Of a DNA stretch of 32,000 nt, positions 20,433-31,139 are shown in pieces. Numbering within the stretch: position 1 is the first letter of the stretch; every line of letters begins with the position of its first letter. Source of the stretch: Dickeya dadantii NCPPB 898 (GTDB taxonomy: Bacteria; Pseudomonadota; Gammaproteobacteria; Enterobacterales; Enterobacteriaceae); contig NZ_CM001976.1 of assembly GCF_000406145.1 (NCBI RefSeq), positions 223,186-255,185 on the forward strand. Direction: 5' to 3'. The notes under the pieces were generated by a model. The model was not told where the DNA came from. It saw only the letters and a program-made list of their open reading frames with translations, and made no database searches. The position numbers and the translations under genes are program-made.

Positions 20433-20867
20433 CGCATTTCCTCCTTGCGTCAGCGTTTACTGGCGCTGTAGTCAAGGGGGCCGCTATCAAGGTCGGCCAC
20501 CGTTTACAGGATGTCTGGTTTTACCATGCGCCGTTATGACACACGGGCATGACCTGGCGGTGCTGTCGTGAAGTATCGTACGGTTCAGGGGTTCAGCCCG
20601 GGCTTGCACCGTGCGGGCAGGGACGGTATCGGTTATCCCTATGCACAGGTATAGCACCGGGTGGCGGGTTGTCACCCGGCGTCTGGCGTCCGGTGTCGCG
20701 CCAACCGCCTGATCAGCATACTGCTTCCGCCATCACTCTTAACAGATTGCATTCAATATTTATCGAATAATTTACGCAGGCGCCGTCTGAATTATCTGTT
20801 TCTCGGTGCGGTTCGCAAAAAAAGTCGCCGCTGCTGGCATCAGGTCGGCCGGCGGCTCAGAATCGGC

Positions 20868-23102
<2,235 letters not shown>

Positions 23103-23207
23103 TCATGCATGAGGGTTTGTCTGCCGTCACGGTACTGTGAGCGGATGCGTTGTGCAATCTTGCGCGTCATCTTGTTTATCAGAGGCGACGTGTTCGTGCG
23201 GATCCAA

Positions 23208-23236
23208 TTGCATCAGGTGGTTAATTTCTGTATGAT
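23208..23236 (+). promoter_or_regulatory. Candidate sigma70 promoter of rpmE
   Basis: TTGCAT (23208-23213), a 17-bp spacer and TATGAT (23231-23236). This predicts a 5' leader of about 100 nt before the rpmE ATG. Confidence 0.55.
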
Positions 23237-23341
23237 TCGCCGCCTTTATACCTTGTGGTGTAAAGAACATTTCACTCAACTTCGTGTGGTGTCTGGCGGA
23301 ACAGGGCCGGATAGCGACACGGCCTTAAACAGAGGTTTCCC

Positions 23342-23557
23342 ATGAAAGAAGGTATTCACCCGAATTACGTTGAAATTACCGCTACTTGCTCTTGCGGTAA
23401 CGTCATCAAAACCCGTTCCACCGCTGCTCATGACCTGAACCTGGACGTGTGTGGTGCTTGCCACCCGTTCTTCACCGGCAAACAGCGTGTCGTTGACACC
23501 GGTGGTCGTGTTGAGCGTTTCAACAAACGCTTCAGCGTCCCGGGCACCAAAAAATAA
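23342..23557 (+). CDS. rpmE: 50S ribosomal protein L31 (zinc-binding type A)
   Basis: 71-aa [12 protein letters not shown]...CSCG...[13 protein letters not shown] carries the four Zn-ligand Cys residues. Confidence 0.97.
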   Translation: MKEGIHPNYVEITATCSCGNVIKTRSTAAHDLNLDVCGACHPFFTGKQRVVDTGGRVERFNKRFSVPGTKK

Positions 23558-23576
23558 TTGGTTTTTGCACCGGGGC

Positions 23577-23640
23577 GGAAAACCGGTTAAGCGGTTTTCC
23601 AGCCAAAACAAAGGCACCTGCGGGTGCCTTTGTTGTTTCT
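23577..23640. terminator. Two tandem hairpins between convergent rpmE and metJ (bidirectional terminator region)
   Basis: The first hairpin is GGAAAACCG-gttaag-CGGTTTTCC (23577-23600). The second is AACAAAGGCACC-tgcg-GGTGCCTTTGTT (23607-23634), followed by GTTTCT. Confidence 0.8.
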
Positions 23641-23673
23641 GATATTTTTCCCCATCCGCTCCAAACGGGTGAT

Positions 23674-23991
23674 TCAGTATTCCCACGTATCCGGGTCGAT
23701 CCCCATCTCACGCATAATTGCCTTGGCGGCATCGGGAATTTCGTCGCCGCGCTCTTTACGCAGGTCGTCATCATTCGGTAAGGGTTGGCCGGTAAAAGCG
23801 TGCAAAAACGCTTCACACAGTAACTCGCTATTGGTTGCGTGACGCAGGTTGTTGACCTGACGACGGGTGCGCTCGTCGGTCAGTATCTTCAATACCTTCA
23901 ACGGGATAGATACGGTTATCTTCTTAACCTGCTCGCTTTTCTTGCCGTGTTCAGCGTATGGGCTTACGTATTCGCCATTCCACTCAGCCAT
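23674..23991 (-). CDS. metJ: Methionine repressor MetJ
   Basis: [72 protein letters not shown]... gives 105 aa, near-identical to E. coli MetJ. The track ORF (to 24075) adds a non-homologous 28-aa extension. Confidence 0.96.
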   Translation of the reverse strand: MAEWNGEYVSPYAEHGKKSEQVKKITVSIPLKVLKILTDERTRRQVNNLRHATNSELLCEAFLHAFTGQPLPNDDDLRKERGDEIPDAAKAIMREMGIDPDTWEY

Positions 23992-24094
23992 GGGATACCT
24001 TAAATATTGATCGTGATGAAAACAGTCACTGGCACAAAACGCCATAATTCTAACGATTATTATAGGGATGCTCAATCTATACGCAAAGAAGTTT

Positions 24095-24126
24095 AGAAGT
24101 CCAGATGTATTGACGTCTATACCGTC
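24095..24126. promoter_or_regulatory. MetJ operator (four tandem met boxes) in the metJ-metB divergent control region
   Basis: AGAAGTCC AGATGTAT TGACGTCT ATACCGTC are contiguous 8-bp units related to the met-box consensus AGACGTCT. They lie about 55-85 bp upstream of the metB ATG. Confidence 0.75.
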
Positions 24127-24179
24127 CGGGTTTACTCTTTAACCTCTTTACCTCAGTCTCCCAGTCAGGAAAAGCACCG

Positions 24180-25340
24180 ATGACGCGTAAACAGGCTACT
24201 ATCGCAGTCCGCAGTGGGTTAAACAATGACGAGCAGTTCGGTTGCGTTGTTCCCCCGATTCATCTCTCCAGCACCTATAACTTCACCGGTTTTAATGAAC
24301 CCAGAGCGCATGACTATTCCCGGCGCGGCAACCCGACCCGTGATGTCGTTCAACGCGCGCTGGCGGAACTGGAGGGAGGCGCGGGTGCGGTCATGACCAG
24401 CAGCGGTATGTCGGCGATTCTGCTGGTTTGTACGGTGTTTTTGCGGCCTGGCGATCTGCTGGTGGCCCCGCACGATTGCTACGGCGGCAGTTATCGTTTG
24501 TTCGACAGCCTGAGCAAACGCGGCGCCTACCGGGTGAAATTCGTCGATCAGGGCAATGCGGCCGACCTGAAGGCGGCGCTGGCGGAAAAACCGAAGCTGG
24601 TGCTGGTGGAAAGCCCCAGCAATCCGCTGCTGCGCGTAGTGGATATCGCGGCCATCTGTCAGGCGGCGCGCGAAGCGGGCGCGGTGAGCGTGGTGGATAA
24701 CACCTTCCTGAGTCCGGCGCTGCAAAATCCGCTGAAGCTGGGGGCGGATCTGGTGGTGCACTCTTGCACCAAATACCTCAATGGCCATTCGGACGTGGTC
24801 GCCGGCGCGGTTATCGCCCGCGACCCCGAGGTGGTGACGGAACTGGCCTGGTGGGCCAACAATATTGGCGTGACCGGCGCGGCCTTTGACAGCTACCTGC
24901 TGCTGCGTGGTGTGCGCACGCTGTCGCCGCGTATGACGCTAGCGCAGAAGAATGCGCTACAAATTGTGGAGTATTTGCGGCATCAGCCACTGGTGAAGGC
25001 GTTGTATCATCCTTCTTTGCCCGGGAATGCCGGTCATGAGATTGCCCGTCGGCAGCAGTCCGGCTTTGGTGCGATGCTGAGTTTTGAACTGGATGGCGAT
25101 GAAGACATGCTGCGTCGTTTTCTGTCCACACTGGAATTGTTCACGCTGGCGGAATCGCTGGGTGGCGTCGAGAGCCTGATTTCTCACGCGGCTACCATGA
25201 CCCACGCCGGCATGGCGCCGCAAGCGCGCGCCGCCGCCGGTATCTCGGAGACGTTATTGCGCATTTCTGTCGGGATTGAAGACGGCGACGATCTGGTTGC
25301 CGATCTGGACAGAGCATTTCAGGCAGCAGCCAAGAGGTAA
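24180..25340 (+). CDS. metB: Cystathionine gamma-synthase (PLP-dependent)
   Basis: The 386-aa ORF has a PLP-lysine context (HSCTKYLNGHSD) and is collinear with E. coli MetB. It lies upstream of metL. Confidence 0.95.
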   Translation: MTRKQATIAVRSGLNNDEQFGCVVPPIHLSSTYNFTGFNEPRAHDYSRRGNPTRDVVQRALAELEGGAGAVMTSSGMSAILLVCTVFLRPGDLLVAPHDCYGGSYRLFDSLSKRGAYRVKFVDQGNAADLKAALAEKPKLVLVESPSNPLLRVVDIAAICQAAREAGAVSVVDNTFLSPALQNPLKLGADLVVHSCTKYLNGHSDVVAGAVIARDPEVVTELAWWANNIGVTGAAFDSYLLLRGVRTLSPRMTLAQKNALQIVEYLRHQPLVKALYHPSLPGNAGHEIARRQQSGFGAMLSFELDGDEDMLRRFLSTLELFTLAESLGGVESLISHAATMTHAGMAPQARAAAGISETLLRISVGIEDGDDLVADLDRAFQAAAKR

Positions 25341-25342
25341 CA

Positions 25343-27778
25343 ATGAGTGCGTTAGGGATCGCAGCGGCCGTGAAGGGGCGGCAACTGCACAAATTCGGCG
25401 GCAGCAGCCTGGCTGATGTGAAATGTTATCAGCGCGTCGCCGGCATTATGGCGGATTACAGCCAGGCGGGCGATTTGATGGTGGTATCGGCGGCGGGTAG
25501 CACCACCAACCAGTTGATCAGCTGGTTGAATCTCAGCCAGTCCGACCGGATTTCCGCCCATCAGGTACAACAGTCGCTGCGCCGTTATCAAAGCGAGCTG
25601 ATCTCCGGTTTGCTGCCGGCTGAAACGGCAGCTCCGCTTATCAATGAATTCATTCGCGATCTGGAGCGCCTCGCCGCGTTACTGGATGGCAAGCTCACCG
25701 ATGCGGCCTATGCCGAAGTGGTCGGGCACGGCGAAATCTGGTCCGCCCGCCTGATGGCGGCGGTGCTGAATCAGAAAAACCTGCCTGCCGCCTGGCTGGA
25801 TGCCCGTACCTTCCTGCGCGCCGAGCGTGCGGCGCAGCCGCAGGTCGATGAAGGCCGCTCCTGGCCGCTGTTGCAACAGCTGTTGACCCAGCATGCCGGG
25901 CAACGTCTGGTGATTACCGGTTTTATCAGCAGCAATGATGCAGGTGAAACCGTCCTGCTGGGCCGTAACGGTAGCGACTATTCCGCCACGCAGATTGGTG
26001 CGCTGGCTGGCGTTGAGCGCGTCACTATCTGGAGCGACGTGGCCGGCGTGTACAGCGCTGACCCGCGCAAGGTCAAAGATGCCTGCCTGCTGCCGCTGCT
26101 GCGGCTGGATGAGGCCAGCGAACTGGCCCGTCTGGCGGCGCCGGTATTGCACGCCCGCACCCTGCAGCCGGTTTCCGGCAGCGATATCGACCTGCAATTG
26201 CGATGCAGTTATCAGCCTGAACAAGGGTCGACCCGCATTGAACGCGTGCTGGCCTCCGGCACCGGCGCCAAGATTGTCACCAGTCACGATGACGTTTGCC
26301 TGATTGAGATTGGCGTACCGGCGGAGCACGATTTTGCCCGCACTCACAAAGACGTCGAGCAGTTGCTGCAAAAATCCCAGATCCGGCCGCTGGCGCTGGG
26401 TGTGCATCAGGATCGCAACCTGCTGCAACTGTGCTACACCTCGGAAGTGGTGCACAGCGCCTGGCAGGTGCTGGAGCAGGCGGCGTTGCCGGTATCGCTT
26501 CATCTGCGCGAGGGGCTTGCGCTGGTGGCGCTGGTGGGGGCGGGCGTTTGCCGCAACCCGCTGCACAGTCACCGTTTCTACCAGCAACTGCGTGACCAGC
26601 CGATCGAGTTCGTCTGGCAGGCGGAAGACGACATCAGCCTGGTAGCGGTGCTGCGTGTGGGGCCGACAGAGCATCTGGTGCGTGGCCTGCATCATTCGCT
26701 GTTCCGGGCGGAAAAACGCATCGGTCTGGTGCTATTCGGCAAAGGCAATATTGGCTCACGCTGGCTGGAGCTGTTCGCCCGCGAGCAGAGCCTGATTTCG
26801 GCGCGCACCGGCTTTGAGTTCACGCTGGCGGGCGTGGTGGACAGTTCCCGCAGCCTGCTGGATTACGAGGGGCTGGATGCCAGCCGTGTGCTGGCTTTCT
26901 TTGGCGACGAAGCGCAGGAGCGTGACGACGATGAGCTATTCCTGTGGATGCGCGCTCATCCGTACGATGATCTGGTGGTGTTGGATGTCACCGCCAGCCA
27001 GTCGGTCGCCGATCTCTATCTGGATTTCGCCAGCCATGGTTTCCATGTGATCAGCGCCAACAAACTGGCGGGTGCATCCGGCGGCGACAACTATCGCCAG
27101 ATCCGCGACGCGTTCGCTAAAACCGGGCGTCACTGGCTGTACAATGCCACCGTTGGCGCCGGGTTGCCGGTGAACTATGCGGTGCGGGACCTGCGTGAAA
27201 GCGGCGACAGCATTCTGGCTATCAGTGGTATCTTCTCCGGCACGCTGTCATGGCTGTTCCTGCAGTTTGACGGAACGGTGCCTTTTACCGAACTGGTGGA
27301 TCAAGCCTGGCAGCAGGGATTGACCGAGCCGGATCCGCGCGTCGATCTTTCCGGTCAGGACGTGATGCGCAAGCTGGTTATTCTGGCACGCGAAGCGGGT
27401 TACGAGATTGAACCCAATCAGGTGCGGGTGGAGTCGTTGGTGCCTGCCGGATGCGAGAACGGTTCGGTGGATCAATTCTTTGAAGACGGCGAGCCGCTGA
27501 ATCAGCAAATGCTGCAGCGACTGGAAGCCGCCAACGAGATGGGGCTGGTGCTGCGCTATGTCGCCCGCTTCGATGTCAACGGCAAGGCGCGCGTAGGCGT
27601 GGAAGCCGTGCGGGCGGATCATCCGCTGGCGGCGTTGTTGCCGTGCGATAACGTGTTCGCCATCGAAAGTCGCTGGTATCGCGACAACCCGCTGGTGATT
27701 CGCGGCCCGGGAGCCGGCCGCGACGTGACGGCCGGGGCGATTCAATCGGATCTCAATCGGCTGGCGCAACTGCTGTAA
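25343..27778 (+). CDS. metL: Bifunctional aspartokinase II / homoserine dehydrogenase II
   Basis: The 811-aa ORF has an N-terminal aspartokinase domain (KFGGSSLAD) and a C-terminal homoserine dehydrogenase domain. It begins 2 nt after the metB stop. Confidence 0.95.
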   Translation: MSALGIAAAVKGRQLHKFGGSSLADVKCYQRVAGIMADYSQAGDLMVVSAAGSTTNQLISWLNLSQSDRISAHQVQQSLRRYQSELISGLLPAETAAPLINEFIRDLERLAALLDGKLTDAAYAEVVGHGEIWSARLMAAVLNQKNLPAAWLDARTFLRAERAAQPQVDEGRSWPLLQQLLTQHAGQRLVITGFISSNDAGETVLLGRNGSDYSATQIGALAGVERVTIWSDVAGVYSADPRKVKDACLLPLLRLDEASELARLAAPVLHARTLQPVSGSDIDLQLRCSYQPEQGSTRIERVLASGTGAKIVTSHDDVCLIEIGVPAEHDFARTHKDVEQLLQKSQIRPLALGVHQDRNLLQLCYTSEVVHSAWQVLEQAALPVSLHLREGLALVALVGAGVCRNPLHSHRFYQQLRDQPIEFVWQAEDDISLVAVLRVGPTEHLVRGLHHSLFRAEKRIGLVLFGKGNIGSRWLELFAREQSLISARTGFEFTLAGVVDSSRSLLDYEGLDASRVLAFFGDEAQERDDDELFLWMRAHPYDDLVVLDVTASQSVADLYLDFASHGFHVISANKLAGASGGDNYRQIRDAFAKTGRHWLYNATVGAGLPVNYAVRDLRESGDSILAISGIFSGTLSWLFLQFDGTVPFTELVDQAWQQGLTEPDPRVDLSGQDVMRKLVILAREAGYEIEPNQVRVESLVPAGCENGSVDQFFEDGEPLNQQMLQRLEAANEMGLVLRYVARFDVNGKARVGVEAVRADHPLAALLPCDNVFAIESRWYRDNPLVIRGPGAGRDVTAGAIQSDLNRLAQLL

Positions 27779-27821
27779 TCGCAGCCAACTGAAATCAGAG
27801 AGCGTTAGTCATCTTGTTCTG

Positions 27822-27847
27822 AAGCCCGCGCAGCCGCGGGCTTTTTT
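27822..27847 (+). terminator. Rho-independent terminator of metBL
   Basis: AAGCCCGCG-cagc-CGCGGGCTT is followed by a T-run (CTTTTTTA). Confidence 0.85.
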
Positions 27848-28056
27848 ACGCCGTCGATTCACTCAGTGGCGAGAGCCGCGTTTTTTGCCAATACTGAGGG
27901 TGTATTCCTTACATTTCATGTGTGTTTATTTGTGATGGAGCATGGTGGCCTGGCCGTCGGCTACCATGAATTTTCTTCATCTTGCATGAGCAAACATCAG
28001 CATTTATCACGCTGAAAAGCGTTGACTCTTTAGGCTGATTCGGTCATTTTCTATAT

Positions 28057-28080
28057 GGACGTCTAAACGTATAGACGTTT
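28057..28080 (+). promoter_or_regulatory. MetJ operator (tandem met boxes) upstream of metF
   Basis: GGACGTCT AAACGTAT AGACGTTT match the consensus AGACGTCT at 7/8, 6/8 and 7/8 positions. They lie 40-65 bp upstream of the metF ATG. Confidence 0.75.
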
Positions 28081-28111
28081 GTAGAAAATAACGATGATAA
28101 TGGCGAATTGA

Positions 28112-29017
<906 letters not shown>

Positions 29018-29041
29018 TTTCCTCGCCAACGACGATTGTGT

Positions 29042-29077
29042 CAAATGCCCGCCCGGAGATATCCGGGCGGGCATTTG
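29042..29077. repeat. Perfect 16-bp-stem inverted repeat downstream of metF (hairpin without a U-tract)
   Basis: CAAATGCCCGCCCGGA-gata-TCCGGGCGGGCATTTG. The 9-mer GATATCCGG from its apex recurs at 29112-29120. Confidence 0.8.
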
Positions 29078-29144
29078 TGCTTAAGGCTTGGGTATGGACG
29101 GTGTGAGCAACGATATCCGGAGAGAAAAAAGCGGTATTCGAAGA

Positions 29145-29171
29145 TAAAAAAAGGGCGGGCCTAAGCCCGCC
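29145..29171 (-). terminator. Rho-independent terminator of the Prx-Grx gene
   Basis: The minus strand reads GGCGGGC-ttag-GCCCGCC followed by CTTTTTTTAT, about 25 nt after the stop codon. Confidence 0.85.
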
Positions 29172-29196
29172 AAAGTTTCGTTGGCTTTATAAAAAT

Positions 29197-29928
29197 TTAT
29201 GTGGTCAGGACTGTTTCGAGTTCTTCGCTGCCGCCGATATGACGGCCGCCCATGAATACCTGGGGAACGGTGCTACGCCCGGTCATGGCCCGCAGGCTCA
29301 CCGTGGTGGCATCCTTACCCAGCATGATTTCTTCGTACTGAATACCGCGATCCTGCAGCAACTGTTTGGCTTTGGCGCAAAACGGGCAGCCGGGTTTGGT
29401 AAACAGTGAAACAGACTCCTGAACCTTATAGTGGGGAGCAAGGTACTTCAGCATGGTGTCGGCGTCGGAAACTTCAAACGGGTCGCCCGGCTTGTTGGGT
29501 TCAACAAACATTTTCGCCACCACGCCGTGACGAACCAGCATGGAGTAGCGCCAGGAGCGGGGGCCGAAGCCCAGTTCCGCCTTTTCGACCAGCATGTTCA
29601 TAGCGCGGGTGTATTCACCGTTGCCATCGGGAATAAACGTAATATTTTCTGCGTCTTGGTCGGCTTTCCAGGCATTCATCACAAAAGTATCATTCACGGA
29701 TACGCATAAAACCGCATCCACGCCAAATTGCTTGAATACCGCAGCCAACTCGTTATAGCGTGGCAAATGACTGGAAGAGCAGGTTGGTGTAAAAGCCCCT
29801 GGCAGGGAAAAGACGACGACGGTCTTGTTGTTGAAGAGCTCCGCTGTCGTCACGTCAACCCATTGATCCCCCTGACGGGTATGGAAAGTTACTGACGGAA
29901 TTTTTTTGCCTTCTTGGCTTACAAACAT
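29197..29928 (-). CDS. Hybrid peroxiredoxin (Prx5-type) / glutaredoxin fusion protein
   Basis: In this 243-aa ORF the N-terminal half has the Prx5 motif [12 protein letters not shown]. The C-terminal ~75 aa form a glutaredoxin with a CPFC active site and TVPQVF..G.HIGG. The same architecture is seen in Haemophilus PGdx and Vibrio PrxA-like proteins. Confidence 0.88.
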   Translation of the reverse strand: MFVSQEGKKIPSVTFHTRQGDQWVDVTTAELFNNKTVVVFSLPGAFTPTCSSSHLPRYNELAAVFKQFGVDAVLCVSVNDTFVMNAWKADQDAENITFIPDGNGEYTRAMNMLVEKAELGFGPRSWRYSMLVRHGVVAKMFVEPNKPGDPFEVSDADTMLKYLAPHYKVQESVSLFTKPGCPFCAKAKQLLQDRGIQYEEIMLGKDATTVSLRAMTGRSTVPQVFMGGRHIGGSEELETVLTT

Positions 29929-30022
29929 TTTTAAGTCCCTGGTGGTCGAAAAGTTCTGTTTGGTTGAATCCGTCAGTGGTCAGGACTCGATTTGTTAGGG
30001 ACATTATTCATTATCAAATGTT

Positions 30023-30069
30023 GATAGGACTAATCGTTCGTTGCTATCCTATCTATCGCTAGGGACTAT
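30023..30069. promoter_or_regulatory. OxyR operator in the divergent Prx-Grx / oxyR control region
   Basis: GATAGGACTAATCGTTCGTTGCTATCCTATCTATC (30023-30057) is about 30/35 identical to the E. coli oxyR-oxyS operator as I remember it (GATAGGGATAATCGTTCATTGCTATTCTACCTATC). It carries ATAG/CTAT elements, with a further CTAT at 30066-30069. Confidence 0.7.
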
Positions 30070-30105
30070 CATTTTTAAGGGAATCATGTTTAGGGGAATC
30101 AGGGC

Positions 30106-31023
30106 ATGAATATTCGGGATTTAGAGTATCTGGTGGCATTGGCGGAGCATCGTCATTTCCGACGCGCAGCGGATTCCTGCCACGTCAGCCAGCCCACGCT
30201 GAGTGGTCAGATCCGAAAACTGGAAGACGAACTGGGGGTGATGCTGCTGGAGAGAACCAGCCGCAAAGTCCTGTTCACTCAGGCGGGGTTGTTGCTGGTC
30301 GAGCAGGCCAGAACCGTATTGCGTGAAGTGAAGGTGTTGAAGGAGATGGCCAGCCAGCAGGGCGAAACCATGTCCGGCCCGCTGCATATCGGCCTGATCC
30401 CGACGGTCGGCCCTTATCTGTTGCCCCAGATTATCCCGATGTTGCATCGCACTTTCCCGAAGCTGGAAATGTACCTGCATGAAGCTCAGACTCATCAGTT
30501 GCTGGCCCAGCTCGACAGCGGCAAGCTGGATTGCGCCATTCTGGCGATGGTGAAAGAGTCGGAAGCCTTTATCGAAGTGCCGTTGTTTGATGAGCCGATG
30601 AAGCTGGCGATTTATCAGGATCACCCCTGGGCGAACCGCGAGCGGGTGGCGATGTCCGATTTATCGGGCGAAAAACTGTTGATGCTGGAAGACGGGCACT
30701 GCCTGCGCGATCAGGCGATGGGATTTTGTTTCCAGGCGGGCGCGGACGAGGATACCCATTTTCGCGCCACCAGCCTGGAAACCCTGCGCAACATGGTAGC
30801 GGCGGGCAGCGGTATTACCCTGCTGCCGTCGCTGGCGGTGCCGCCGGAGCGAGTGCGTGACGGCGTGTGCTATTTGCCTTGTTACAAACCGGAGCCTAAA
30901 CGCACCATCGCACTGGTGTATCGTCCTGGCTCGCCGTTGCGCGGCCGTTATGAGCAACTGGCCGATTCGGTGCGCGAGCACATGCAACTCCACATGGAAC
31001 AGTTGTCGAAACAGTCGGCTTAA
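30106..31023 (+). CDS. oxyR: Hydrogen-peroxide-sensing LysR-family regulator OxyR
   Basis: In this 305-aa ORF the first ~60 aa are identical to E. coli OxyR as remembered. The redox cysteines are in conserved context (EDGHCLRDQAMGFCF). Confidence 0.97.
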   Translation: MNIRDLEYLVALAEHRHFRRAADSCHVSQPTLSGQIRKLEDELGVMLLERTSRKVLFTQAGLLLVEQARTVLREVKVLKEMASQQGETMSGPLHIGLIPTVGPYLLPQIIPMLHRTFPKLEMYLHEAQTHQLLAQLDSGKLDCAILAMVKESEAFIEVPLFDEPMKLAIYQDHPWANRERVAMSDLSGEKLLMLEDGHCLRDQAMGFCFQAGADEDTHFRATSLETLRNMVAAGSGITLLPSLAVPPERVRDGVCYLPCYKPEPKRTIALVYRPGSPLRGRYEQLADSVREHMQLHMEQLSKQSA

Positions 31024-31030
31024 TCAGGTC

Positions 31031-31119
31031 ATTGATTTAGTAAAACAATTGATTTAGTAAAACAATTTGTTTGATCAAAACGATTTGTTTGATCAAAACG
31101 ATTGCCATCAAAAAAACCG
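31031..31119. repeat. Compound tandem-repeat array: ATTGATTTAGTAAAACA x2, ATTTGTTTGATCAAAACG x2, and a degenerate fifth unit ATTGCCATCAAAAAAACCG
   Basis: Read directly. The units lie at 31031-47, 31048-64, 31065-82, 31083-31100 and 31101-19. They fill almost the whole oxyR-sthA convergent spacer. Confidence 0.9.
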
Positions 31120-31139
31120 GTTATCAAAACAACCGGTTT
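31108..31139 (-). terminator. Rho-independent terminator of sthA (stop codon lies in the loop)
   Basis: The minus strand reads AAACCGGTT-gttttgat-AACCGGTTT followed by TTTTGATGG. The sthA TGA (31126-31124) falls in the loop. Confidence 0.65.

Noticed and set aside
20487-20770. Small ORFs (62 aa minus strand, 73 aa plus strand) in the cytR-priA spacer
   Set aside because: They have no Shine-Dalgarno and their Arg/Pro/Gly/Cys-rich composition is unlike real proteins. They overlap each other on opposite strands. I treat them as non-coding and report the spacer itself as a finding.
23992-24075. 28-codon N-terminal extension of the metJ ORF in the track ([16 protein letters not shown]...)
   Set aside because: The conserved MetJ N-terminus MAEWNGEY begins at 23991, and the extension has no homology. 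Similar trimming was applied to priA (23067-23090), zapB (14364-14393) and yiiQ (8867-8899).
29929-30002. Possible OxyS sRNA homologue in the Prx-Grx leader
   Set aside because: There is no terminator hairpin or U-tract before the Prx-Grx ATG. Only a short GAACTTTT...CCAGG resemblance to my recollection of OxyS is present, which is insufficient to call an sRNA.
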